From an uncultured Bacteroidota bacterium (lineage in GTDB: Bacteria > Bacteroidota > Bacteroidia > Flavobacteriales > Flavobacteriaceae), in contig CACGZJ010000003.1 of assembly GCA_902577515.1 (NCBI GenBank), positions 32,418 through 96,417 on the forward strand: DNA of 64,000 nucleotides, in the 5' to 3' direction. Positions 31,718-40,209 of the stretch are shown here, piece by piece (the stretch's first letter is position 1; each line of letters starts with the position of its first letter). A model generated the notes under the pieces. That model saw only the letters and a list, made by a program, of their open reading frames with translations, was not told the DNA's origin and did not search any database. The position numbers and the translations under genes were made by a program.

Positions 31718-33532
31718 ATGGCAAACAAGTATGTAGATCTTCCGTCTGTAAAATTCTTCATGAACAATGTTCAGAAGCTTGAATCTATCTTAAGCAAAAA
31801 AAGGTTTGCTGATCATAATCTTGAGTCAGTTGATATGTTTATTGACTCGGTTAAACAGTTTGCAGACAGGGAGCTGTTTCCATATTTTAAAGAAATGGAC
31901 GAAAATCCAGCTCATTATAAAGACGGTAAAATTCATGTGCACCAACAAGTTGGAAAAATGATGAAGGAAGGTGGAGAAATGGGTCTCATTGCTGCACCTT
32001 TTGATTATGAAGACGGAGGGCTTCAATTACCACTACTTGTTCACACTGCTGCAAATTATATTTTAGATGCTGCTAATAATCATTTGCCTGGTTATTCTGG
32101 TCTTACCACAGGTGCTGCGGAATTAATTATTGAGTTTGCCAGCAATGAGTTAAAAGAAAAATATACTCCTAAAATGCTTACAGGAGAGTGGGGCGGAACA
32201 ATGTGTTTAACTGAGTCGCAAGCCGGTAGCTCATTATCAGACATTGTTACAAAGGCCTCTCCTTGTGATGGTGGACATTATAAAATTAGTGGTCAAAAGA
32301 TTTTTATCTCAGGAGGAGATCATCAATATGCTGAAAATATAGTCCACTTATTATTAGCCCGAATTGAAGGGGCTCCTGCTGGAACAAAAGGAATTTCATT
32401 ATTTGTTGTACCAAAAATGAGGCTAGATGAAAATGGAAATCTTGAACCAAATGATGTAACAACAGTTGCTGATTTTGAGAAAATGGGACAGAAAGGATAC
32501 TGTACTACTCACCTTGGTTTCGGTGATGAAGATAACTGTCATGGATATCTTGTTGGAGAAGAAAACAAAGGTCTTCATTATATGTTTTTAATGATGAATG
32601 GTGCAAGAATAGCCGTTGGAAGAGCTGCCTCTGCAATCGCCTCAGGTGCTTATTACGCTTCTTTGGAGTATGCAAATGAACGTCCACAGGGAAGGAAACT
32701 TTCTTCAGATGGAAAAAAAGATTTAAAAGAAAAGCAAAGTTTAATAATTGAACACCCTGATGTAAGAAGAATGCTTATGCTTCAAAAAGCGATGGTTGAG
32801 GGGTCTATGAATTTAATTTTTAAAGCTTCAAAATATTTTGACCTGCAACACAACAGTGAGGATGAAGAGGAAAAGCATAAATATCATACACTACTAGAGA
32901 TGATTATTCCAGTGGTTAAAACCTATCCTTCAGAGGCTGGTATTTATTCAATAAACAATGGGCTTCAAGTACTCGGGGGTTATGGGTTTTGTTCGGACTT
33001 TATTCTTCAACAGTATTATAGAGATATAAGAATTTGTACAATCTATGAGGGAACATCAGGTATTCAGTCTCAAGACCTTCTTGGAAGAAAAATGATGCTA
33101 AACAATGGGGAGGGAGCGAAGCTTTTAATGGAAGAAATAAAAAAAACCATTGATGACGCTTCACTGGATAATGACCTAAAGGAGTGGGCTACTGGTTTAG
33201 ATAAAAAACTAGATGAAACTCAAAAAATATTATTTCATCTTATTCCTTTTGCTGCAAAAGGAGACTATGAAAAGTTTTTAGCTGATGCTTCAATCTTTAT
33301 GGAGTTTTTTAGTCTTGTATTAATTGGATGGTCTTGGTTAGAAATTGGTGTTGTAATTAAACGCGCAATAATTACAGGAGATAAATCTTTTGACACAAGT
33401 TTTTTTGAAAGCAAACTGGATACTTTAGAATATTTTTATGCATATGAGCTTCCTAAAACAACTGGCCTTGCAGAAGTTATGCTCCACCCCTCTTCAGTTA
33501 CAATTAAAACTGATAAAAAAACAATAAGCTAA
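31718..33532 (+). CDS. long-form acyl-CoA dehydrogenase (about 600 aa)
   Basis: 604 aa. ACAD middle and C-terminal motifs are present (CLTESQAGS, KIFISGGDH, YRDIRICTIYEGTSGIQ), plus an extra C-terminal domain. Confidence 0.85.
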   Translation: MANKYVDLPSVKFFMNNVQKLESILSKKRFADHNLESVDMFIDSVKQFADRELFPYFKEMDENPAHYKDGKIHVHQQVGKMMKEGGEMGLIAAPFDYEDGGLQLPLLVHTAANYILDAANNHLPGYSGLTTGAAELIIEFASNELKEKYTPKMLTGEWGGTMCLTESQAGSSLSDIVTKASPCDGGHYKISGQKIFISGGDHQYAENIVHLLLARIEGAPAGTKGISLFVVPKMRLDENGNLEPNDVTTVADFEKMGQKGYCTTHLGFGDEDNCHGYLVGEENKGLHYMFLMMNGARIAVGRAASAIASGAYYASLEYANERPQGRKLSSDGKKDLKEKQSLIIEHPDVRRMLMLQKAMVEGSMNLIFKASKYFDLQHNSEDEEEKHKYHTLLEMIIPVVKTYPSEAGIYSINNGLQVLGGYGFCSDFILQQYYRDIRICTIYEGTSGIQSQDLLGRKMMLNNGEGAKLLMEEIKKTIDDASLDNDLKEWATGLDKKLDETQKILFHLIPFAAKGDYEKFLADASIFMEFFSLVLIGWSWLEIGVVIKRAIITGDKSFDTSFFESKLDTLEYFYAYELPKTTGLAEVMLHPSSVTIKTDKKTIS

Positions 33533-33547
33533 ATAATTTTCAGGTTT

Positions 33548-35089
33548 TTAATGAAAAACTATGTGTAATAAGACTAGTGTAATTGCTAGTACCCACCCCC
33601 AGTTTCTGCTATATTTATCTGCAGGTTTAAATAATACTAGTAATGAGTTTAGTTTGCCCATGCTACCAATTATTGTGATGAATAACCCTATTATAATTAC
33701 CCAAAAGGCTCTTACAAAATAATTCATTTCTGGCATAAAAAGTTGCAGAGTGATATTTAGTGGAAGTGTAGCAATGAATGCAAAAAGAACTACGTTTCGG
33801 TTTGGTTTTAATAAAACCACAGCACTACATATCAAAACTACTATTCCACAATTTATATAATAACGTAAATTATTTAAGGTATGGGTAAAGGCCGAATTAG
33901 GGTCATCAAACTTTAGATATAATAAAACAAACCCCATTAAAAGGGCAGTGCCTAAGCTAAATAGAATGGCTTTTTGACCTGCCTTTATTTTTTCTTGATC
34001 CTTAGCTTGTTTGTTTATGTATTTTGAATAGATATCTGTTGACCACAAAGTAGCCAGTGAGTTAAAAGTAGAGTCTACTGTACTCATAAGCGATGCAAAC
34101 AATCCACATAATATTATGCCTTTTATACCAACCGGTAAATAGGTGTTGACAATATATGGAAATGCCATGTCAGGCTCGCCTAGAGTGTCACCAAGAATTC
34201 CATAAAGAGCTATGCCTGGAATAATAATTATCACCGCCATTATATATTTAATTAAACCACCTGCTATTAAGCCAGTTTGTGCATGTCTAACACTCTTTGC
34301 GGCTAAAGCTCTTTGCATTACAGCTTGATTTGCACACCAGTAATTTATGTTAAGTAAAAACAGTCCAAAAAGATGTGTCCATGGGAGGGTTGGATGATCT
34401 GAAGGTAAGTGCAAGTGCATTTTTTCAGGGGTTTGGATATATAGTTGATCCCAACCACCCAGCTGATTTACAGCTGTAAAACAAACTACAGCTCCTCCAA
34501 TAATTAATACGGCAAATTGTATTATATCTGTTTTAACAACAGCACTTAAACCACCCAGGTAAGTGTAAATAGCAGAGAAAGCTCCTAGTGTTATAATGAG
34601 TATTGCTATTCTAATAATTCTGTTTGAATGAAGAAATGATAGCTGCTCTCCAAAAACTAAGTCTGCAGCATAAGCTCCCCAGAAAAGCGCAGCTCCAATT
34701 GTTACAGTTGCAAAAAGTGCAATATTTGCTAATGAGTAAAAAAGGGCAACTCGCTCACCAAGTCTCTTTGATATAAACTGTGTAATTGTTGTAATCTTTT
34801 CTCTTAAAAAAAGTGGCACAAAAACAAAGGCGCCAATTAAAATACCTTGAACTGCATTAATTTCAAGATTTGCTTGTGCAAGTCCAAATAAATATGCTGA
34901 ACCCATCATTCCAAGAAACTGATATCCCTGAATGTTTGTTGCAATAGTTGATAGCGCAATTGAGTACCACGGAAGGCTTCTTGAACTTAAAAAATATTCG
35001 TCTGCAGAGCTATCTGCTTTAACTTTACCTCTAAGGGCTACGATCATAATTAAAGAAAAATAAAACAAGACAATTATAAAATCTACCAT
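33548..35089 (-). CDS. sodium:solute symporter family transporter
   Basis: 513 aa with about 13 TM segments and an SSF-like organisation. It ends 3 nt before the upstream monooxygenase stop region, suggesting the same operon. Confidence 0.8.
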   Translation of the reverse strand: MVDFIIVLFYFSLIMIVALRGKVKADSSADEYFLSSRSLPWYSIALSTIATNIQGYQFLGMMGSAYLFGLAQANLEINAVQGILIGAFVFVPLFLREKITTITQFISKRLGERVALFYSLANIALFATVTIGAALFWGAYAADLVFGEQLSFLHSNRIIRIAILIITLGAFSAIYTYLGGLSAVVKTDIIQFAVLIIGGAVVCFTAVNQLGGWDQLYIQTPEKMHLHLPSDHPTLPWTHLFGLFLLNINYWCANQAVMQRALAAKSVRHAQTGLIAGGLIKYIMAVIIIIPGIALYGILGDTLGEPDMAFPYIVNTYLPVGIKGIILCGLFASLMSTVDSTFNSLATLWSTDIYSKYINKQAKDQEKIKAGQKAILFSLGTALLMGFVLLYLKFDDPNSAFTHTLNNLRYYINCGIVVLICSAVVLLKPNRNVVLFAFIATLPLNITLQLFMPEMNYFVRAFWVIIIGLFITIIGSMGKLNSLLVLFKPADKYSRNWGWVLAITLVLLHIVFH

Positions 35090-35092
35090 AAT

Positions 35093-36241
35093 CTACTTTC
35101 TTTCTCCCTTTCCCAGTGGAGAGTTTGGGGTTTCATTAATTCGTCTGTTAAAAACTTCAGGTAGTGAAATTGTTTTTAACTGAGGCAAAACATGTTGAGC
35201 AAAAAGCTCACATTCTTGTTGATGAGGGTATCCTGATAATATGAAGGACCTTATACCCATTTGCATATAGCGTTTCATTTTGTTTAAAATTTGATCCGGG
35301 GTTCCAACAAGAGCTGCTCCACAACCTGACCTAGCTAGTCCTATTCCCGTCCACAGGTGTGGCTCAACATAATATTCATTGTCTGCTTCATTTCGCATCT
35401 GTGATTGACGAGCTACTCCTATTGAGTTCGAATCCTGTGCTCGGTTTTTAATATTTAGCCCGTGATTTAAGTCTAATTTTGACAAAAGGTTATTGGCGTA
35501 ATCTCTTGCTTCTTTCTCCGTCTCTCTAACAATTACATGAACTCTTAATCCAAACTGAACGGTGCGTCCATAATCTGAAGCTTTAAGTGTCATTATGTTC
35601 ATAAGCCCTTGTAATTTATCTTCTGTTTCTGGCCACATCAAATAAACATCGCAATGTTCTGCGCATAAGTCAACACCTGCAGGTGAATATCCTCCAAAAT
35701 AGAGAAGAGGACCTCCATTTTGTTGATAGGGTTTAACAGGATCTGTAGGAAGACTTAGTTTATAATATTTTCCATTAAACTCAATTCTGTCTTGATTCCA
35801 TGCTTGCTTTAAAATTTCAATGACCTCTCGAGAGCGAGCATATCTTTCAGAGGAGTCCAGCTCGTTGCCTGGAAGGTCCGATGATATTATATTAATAGTT
35901 AATCTGCCCTTGAGCATGTGGTCTAGTGTTGCTATACTTCTTGCAAGCATTGGTGGATGAACCTCTCCACAACGAATAGCCGCTAAAAAATTAATCTGTT
36001 TTGTAATTGGAGCCATTCCTGCAACAAAAGATAATGTGTCTTGACCAACTTGGTATGAAGATGGACATAAAACGTTTCTAAACCCAAGCTCATCAGCAGT
36101 TTTTACAATTTTAGAAGTGTTTTCCCAAGTGCTTTTATAGTCGGGATTTCTGTTTCCTAAAAAGTCATCATCACCATCACAAAGAGGAGCAAACCAAGAA
36201 ATCTCAGCCCCATCTATATCCTTTAGGTTTTTGGGATTCAT
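35093..36241 (-). CDS. SsuD-family FMNH2-dependent alkanesulfonate-type monooxygenase (luciferase-like)
   Basis: 382 aa. It aligns by eye along the length of E. coli SsuD, for example LRVHVIVRETEKEA, LWTGIGLARSGCGAALVG and SFILSGYPH. Confidence 0.8.
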   Translation of the reverse strand: MNPKNLKDIDGAEISWFAPLCDGDDDFLGNRNPDYKSTWENTSKIVKTADELGFRNVLCPSSYQVGQDTLSFVAGMAPITKQINFLAAIRCGEVHPPMLARSIATLDHMLKGRLTINIISSDLPGNELDSSERYARSREVIEILKQAWNQDRIEFNGKYYKLSLPTDPVKPYQQNGGPLLYFGGYSPAGVDLCAEHCDVYLMWPETEDKLQGLMNIMTLKASDYGRTVQFGLRVHVIVRETEKEARDYANNLLSKLDLNHGLNIKNRAQDSNSIGVARQSQMRNEADNEYYVEPHLWTGIGLARSGCGAALVGTPDQILNKMKRYMQMGIRSFILSGYPHQQECELFAQHVLPQLKTISLPEVFNRRINETPNSPLGKGERK

Positions 36242-36341
36242 TTACACAAGTTAGTATTTATATTTTCTGAAACAAACCCCTTCTAAAATAACTTTTTAAG
36301 AAGCAAATTATGATATAGTTATATGCTAATAACTCAAGTTA

Positions 36342-36368
36342 TTTAGGTTTTTGTAAACTAAACCTAAA
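36342..36368. promoter_or_regulatory. perfect inverted repeat TTTAGGTTT-N9-AAACCTAAA
   Basis: Two perfect 9-bp arms in the 201-bp divergent intergenic region between the ssuD-like operon and the FGE-domain operon. Confidence 0.4.
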
Positions 36369-36442
36369 CAAGTTTTTTAAACAACCATTCTTGAATATTA
36401 AGAGTATTTTTTAAATTGCACTGAAGACCAATTAATTGACTA

Positions 36443-37402
36443 ATGTCATTGAAAAAATGCTTTTTTATATTCTTTTTATTAAGTAGCTTAAGACTAATTT
36501 TTGCTCAAGAGGAAAGCTACCAGCTAAAGTTGCCTGGTACTAATCATAGTTTAGATATGGTTTTTATAGAAGGCGGAACCTTTGCTATAGGTAGCCCCTC
36601 GAATGAAAAAGGTCATAAACAAGATGAATCACCACAAAAATTGATTGAGGTAGAGTCTTTTTGGATTGCAAGTACTGAGTTAACCTGGAATCTTTATCAA
36701 CACTTTATTGATCGTGATATTGATAATAGTAATCTTGAAAAAAAAGATAAGGCATTGATGTCTTTAGACATAGACGCAATAAGCGGAGCAACAACCCCAT
36801 ATGTTGATATGAGTTTTGGTATGGGAACAGAAGATTTCCCTGCAATAGGAATGACGCAAAAAGCTGCTGTTCAATTTACTAAATGGCTCTCTGCTATGAC
36901 AGGAAACTTTTATAGACTCCCAACTGAAGCAGAATGGGAATATGCTTGCCGTGCAGGAACTCAGACTGCATACAGTCACGGTGACAGTCCTTTAGATCTA
37001 GATCAATACGCTTGGTTCAAAGATAACAGCCAAGGAAAGTATCAAAAGGTTGGTCAACTAAAACCCAACAGTTGGGGATTATATGATATGCATGGTAATG
37101 TTGCGGAATGGACTCTTGATCAATATGAGCCTGGCGTATACAAAAAATTAAATAGGATCAAATGGAACAGGCCAAGTAAAACTTATCCAAAATCTGTTCG
37201 CGGTGGGTCCTGGATGGATAACGGAATACAGTTGAGAGCTGCAGCTAGAATGGGTTCAAACCCTGAGTGGAAGAAAAGAGATCCACAACTTCCCAAGAGC
37301 GAATGGTGGCACACAGATGCTCCATTTGTTGGATTTAGAATTGTAAGACCCTATAAGACACCTAAGAAAAAAGAACAAGAAATATTTTGGACAACTAAAT
37401 AA
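36443..37402 (+). CDS. secreted formylglycine-generating-enzyme (SUMF1/EgtB/PvdO) domain protein
   Basis: 319 aa with a signal peptide. Motifs: RLPTEAEWEYACRAG, WGLYDMHGNVAEW, RGGSW. Confidence 0.85.
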   Translation: MSLKKCFFIFFLLSSLRLIFAQEESYQLKLPGTNHSLDMVFIEGGTFAIGSPSNEKGHKQDESPQKLIEVESFWIASTELTWNLYQHFIDRDIDNSNLEKKDKALMSLDIDAISGATTPYVDMSFGMGTEDFPAIGMTQKAAVQFTKWLSAMTGNFYRLPTEAEWEYACRAGTQTAYSHGDSPLDLDQYAWFKDNSQGKYQKVGQLKPNSWGLYDMHGNVAEWTLDQYEPGVYKKLNRIKWNRPSKTYPKSVRGGSWMDNGIQLRAAARMGSNPEWKKRDPQLPKSEWWHTDAPFVGFRIVRPYKTPKKKEQEIFWTTK

Positions 37403-37408
37403 TAACTA

Positions 37409-38731
37409 ATGAAAAACTCAAAACAAACTAACAGAAGGAATTTTATTAAAAAAACAACCCTAGTAACAACTGGTATAATATCAACAACCCTACCAGTAAG
37501 ATCTTTTGCTAATGTTTTAGATAACAAAAAACTTAAACTTGCTTTGGTGGGTTGTGGGGGCAGAGGCTCAGGCGCTGTTGTTAACGCTCTTTCTGCAGAT
37601 GATCAGGTAGAGCTTGTGTCAATGGCTGATGTGTTTCAGGATAAACTTGACTCAAGTTTAAAGGCAATTACTGATCATTTTGATGGCAGAAAAAAGATTA
37701 AAGTCAAAGAGAAAAATAAATTTATAGGCTTTAATTCCTACAAAAAAGCAATAGATGAAGCTGATGTGGTTATTCTAACAACTCCTCCTGGATTTAGACC
37801 ATATCACTTCGAATATGCAATTAATAATAACAAACACGTGTTTATGGAGAAACCGCTAGCAACAGACCCTGTGGGTGTAAGAAAAGTTTTAGAGATGGCT
37901 AGAGTTGCTAAAGAAAAGAAGCTTAGTGTAGTGGTTGGTCTGCAACGTCATTACCAAAAAAAATATACCACCCTACACAACATGATTAAACAAGGAACTA
38001 TTGGAAAAATCACATCCGGTCAAGTCTACTGGAATGACGGCGGTGTCTGGGTCAATCAAAGACAACTTGGTCAAAGTGAATTAGAATACCAAATGCGAAA
38101 TTGGTATTATTTTAATTGGATTTGTGGCGATCATATCCTTGAGCAACATATTCATAATATCGATGTAGCGAACTGGTTTATTGGTTCATACCCTAAAAGC
38201 GCCCAGGGTATGGGTGGTCGTCAAACTCGAACAGGAAAAGAATATGGGGAAATTTTTGATCATCACTACGTGGAATTTAATTATGATAGTGGAGCTGTAG
38301 TATCATCACAATGTAGACACCAAAAGGGTTGTGACCGCAGGATAGATGAAGTATTTCAAGGTACAAAAGGAAGTGTAGAACTGAGAAACGGGATGATTAG
38401 AGACCTAGAAGGTAAGGAGCTCTATAGATATACTAAAGCACTGGAACAAGAACCAAATCCCTATCAAGTAGAACACGATGAATTTTTTAAATCAATACGA
38501 AGTAATGATATAATTAATGATACAGAGAATGGTGCAAAAAGTACCCTCTCAGCTATTATGGGGCGAATGGCTACATATTCAGGTAAAACAGTGACTTGGG
38601 ATGAAGCCTTAAACTCAAATCACCAAATAATGCCAGAGAGTGTAGATTGGGATACAACCCCACCAAGCCTGCCAAATGAAAATGGTTTTTACTCCATCCC
38701 TAAGCCTGGTGTAACTAAATTCTCAACATAA
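37409..38731 (+). CDS. Tat-exported Gfo/Idh/MocA family oxidoreductase
   Basis: 440 aa. Twin-arginine signal NRRNFIKK, a Rossmann VGCGGRG, and an EKP motif (FMEKPLA). Confidence 0.85.
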   Translation: MKNSKQTNRRNFIKKTTLVTTGIISTTLPVRSFANVLDNKKLKLALVGCGGRGSGAVVNALSADDQVELVSMADVFQDKLDSSLKAITDHFDGRKKIKVKEKNKFIGFNSYKKAIDEADVVILTTPPGFRPYHFEYAINNNKHVFMEKPLATDPVGVRKVLEMARVAKEKKLSVVVGLQRHYQKKYTTLHNMIKQGTIGKITSGQVYWNDGGVWVNQRQLGQSELEYQMRNWYYFNWICGDHILEQHIHNIDVANWFIGSYPKSAQGMGGRQTRTGKEYGEIFDHHYVEFNYDSGAVVSSQCRHQKGCDRRIDEVFQGTKGSVELRNGMIRDLEGKELYRYTKALEQEPNPYQVEHDEFFKSIRSNDIINDTENGAKSTLSAIMGRMATYSGKTVTWDEALNSNHQIMPESVDWDTTPPSLPNENGFYSIPKPGVTKFST

Positions 38732-39639
38732 TGAATAGAAGGAACTTCAACACTATAGTGGGCATGTCGTCTTTGGGTATGTTACGTGCAAAAACACAAT
38801 TTAATGCTTTGGATATTCCTTATAAATACAATTTAAACTATGCCCCACATTTAGGTATGTTTAAAGCACACGCAGGGGATAATCCTATTGATCAATTACA
38901 CTTCATGGCTGAACAAGGGTTTAAATCATTTGAAGATAATGACATGAGAAAGCGCTCTATAAAACTTCAAGAAAAGATGTCGCAAACGATGCTGCAGCTT
39001 AATATTAAAATGGGTGTTTTTGTAGCTCACAACATTGCTTGGAAAAAACCGAACTTAGCTTCTGGAAAGAAGGACGAGCGAGATGCTTTTCTGTCGGAAA
39101 TAAAATCGAGTGTAGAGGTCGCTAAAAGAATTAATGCAAAATGGATGACAGTTGTTCCAGGTCTAAAAGATTTTCAAAAAAACATCGAATATCAAACCAT
39201 CAATGTCATAGAAACATTAAAAAGAGCTTGTGAAATATTGGAACCACATGGCCTGGTAATGGTTTTAGAACCTTTGAGTTTTAGTAATCATCCAGGTTTG
39301 TTTTTAACTGAAAGTCCCCAGGCCAACTCAATTTGTAAGGCAGTAGGATCATCTTCTTGTAAGATATTATTTGACATCTATCATCAACAAATTCAGGAGG
39401 GCAACCTTATAACTAATATTGAAAATTGTTGGGATGAGATAGCTTATTTTCAAATTGGTGACAATCCTGGTCGTAATGAACCATATTCAGGAGAAATTAA
39501 CTATAAAAACATTTTCAAACACATTTATAGTAATGGTTTTAAAGGAATTCTTGGTATGGAACACGGTAACTCTGTTGAGGGTAAAGAGGGAGAATTAAAG
39601 GTTATAAAAGCTTATCAAATGGCTGATAATTTTGTTTAA
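38731..39639 (+). CDS. Tat-exported xylose-isomerase-like TIM-barrel protein (hydroxypyruvate-isomerase-like)
   Basis: 302 aa. NRRNF signal, and the LEPL..., FDIYH and GMEHG motifs. The start overlaps the upstream stop (TAATG). Confidence 0.8.
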   Translation: MNRRNFNTIVGMSSLGMLRAKTQFNALDIPYKYNLNYAPHLGMFKAHAGDNPIDQLHFMAEQGFKSFEDNDMRKRSIKLQEKMSQTMLQLNIKMGVFVAHNIAWKKPNLASGKKDERDAFLSEIKSSVEVAKRINAKWMTVVPGLKDFQKNIEYQTINVIETLKRACEILEPHGLVMVLEPLSFSNHPGLFLTESPQANSICKAVGSSSCKILFDIYHQQIQEGNLITNIENCWDEIAYFQIGDNPGRNEPYSGEINYKNIFKHIYSNGFKGILGMEHGNSVEGKEGELKVIKAYQMADNFV

Positions 39640-39650
39640 TTTTCTAAAAC

Positions 39651-39686
39651 AAAAAACCCTCATAGTCAAGGACTTAGAGGGTTTAA
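39651..39686. terminator. bidirectional hairpin between the TIM-barrel gene and the tRNA
   Basis: CCCTCatAGTC-aag-GACTtaGAGGG, flanked by an A-tract on the 5' side and TTT on the 3' side. On the minus strand it is followed by TTTTTTGTTTT. Confidence 0.6.
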
Positions 39687-39689
39687 GGG

Positions 39690-39763
39690 TGGTCCCACCT
39701 GGACTCGAACCAGGGACCAAATGATTATGAGTCATCTACTCTAACCAACTGAGCTATAGGACC
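39690..39763 (-). tRNA. tRNA with a CAT anticodon, most like tRNA-Ile2 (lysidine type); elongator tRNA-Met is not excluded
   Basis: The minus-strand sequence GGTCCTATAGCTCAGTTGGTTAGAGTAGATGACTCATAATCATTTGGTCCCTGGTTCGAGTCCAGGTGGGACCA folds as a cloverleaf. It is not an initiator: 1:72 is G:C and the anticodon stem has no GGG/CCC. It has C4:G69 and C5:G68 and a TTGGTC variable loop, as in E. coli ileX. Confidence 0.85.
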
Positions 39764-39773
39764 GGTATTGGCG

Positions 39774-39781
39774 CAAATATA
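39774..39781 (-). promoter_or_regulatory. -7 box TATATTTG (minus strand) for the tRNA
   Basis: Plus strand reads caaatata. It lies 10 nt upstream of the mature tRNA 5' end. Confidence 0.6.
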
Positions 39782-39836
39782 CAATTTCACTATCTTTTTA
39801 TAAAGCATAAATTAAATTTTTGTTTTTTATTTAAAC

Positions 39837-39844
39837 TACTTTTG
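39837..39844 (+). promoter_or_regulatory. -7 box TACTTTTG, 4 nt from the rbfA ATG
   Basis: Only agaa separates the box from the ATG at 39849. Confidence 0.6.
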
Positions 39845-39848
39845 AGAA

Positions 39849-40208
39849 ATGGAAAGTCAGAGACAGAAAAAGATTTCTTCTTTAATACAAAAGGAGCTTG
39901 CTGGACTTATTAATCAAGACCTTAGAAGGGGTGGTGTTAAAAATCTTATCATCTCTGTAACAAAAACACGTGTTTCTCCTGATCTTTCTTTATGTAAGGT
40001 TTATTTGAGTATTTTTCCAAGCGATAACTCTGTTGCTCAAATTAATCTTTTACAAAAAAATTCTGCAAAAATAAAATATGATTTATCTGTTTTATTAAAA
40101 AAGGATCTAAGAAAAGTTCCTGAGCTTGCTTTTTTCCTTGACGACTCTCTTGACTATATCGATTCAGTTGAAGACTCCATAAACAACCCTGACATCCCAA
40201 TAAAATAA
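39849..40208 (+). CDS. rbfA: ribosome-binding factor A
   Basis: 119 aa. The R..K....IQKEL..... and VTKTRVSPDLS..KVY pattern is present. Confidence 0.9.
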   Translation: MESQRQKKISSLIQKELAGLINQDLRRGGVKNLIISVTKTRVSPDLSLCKVYLSIFPSDNSVAQINLLQKNSAKIKYDLSVLLKKDLRKVPELAFFLDDSLDYIDSVEDSINNPDIPIK

Positions 40209-40209
40209 A

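Noticed and set aside
37832-39975. The 12-bp palindrome AAACACGTGTTT, occurring twice (37832-37843 in the Gfo/Idh/MocA gene and 39964-39975 in rbfA)
   Set aside because: It shares the CACGTG core with parS, but the arms are the wrong sequence for ParB (GTGTTT, not GTGAAA). Both copies are inside coding regions, in different reading frames. With only two copies, chance cannot be excluded without a genome-wide count.
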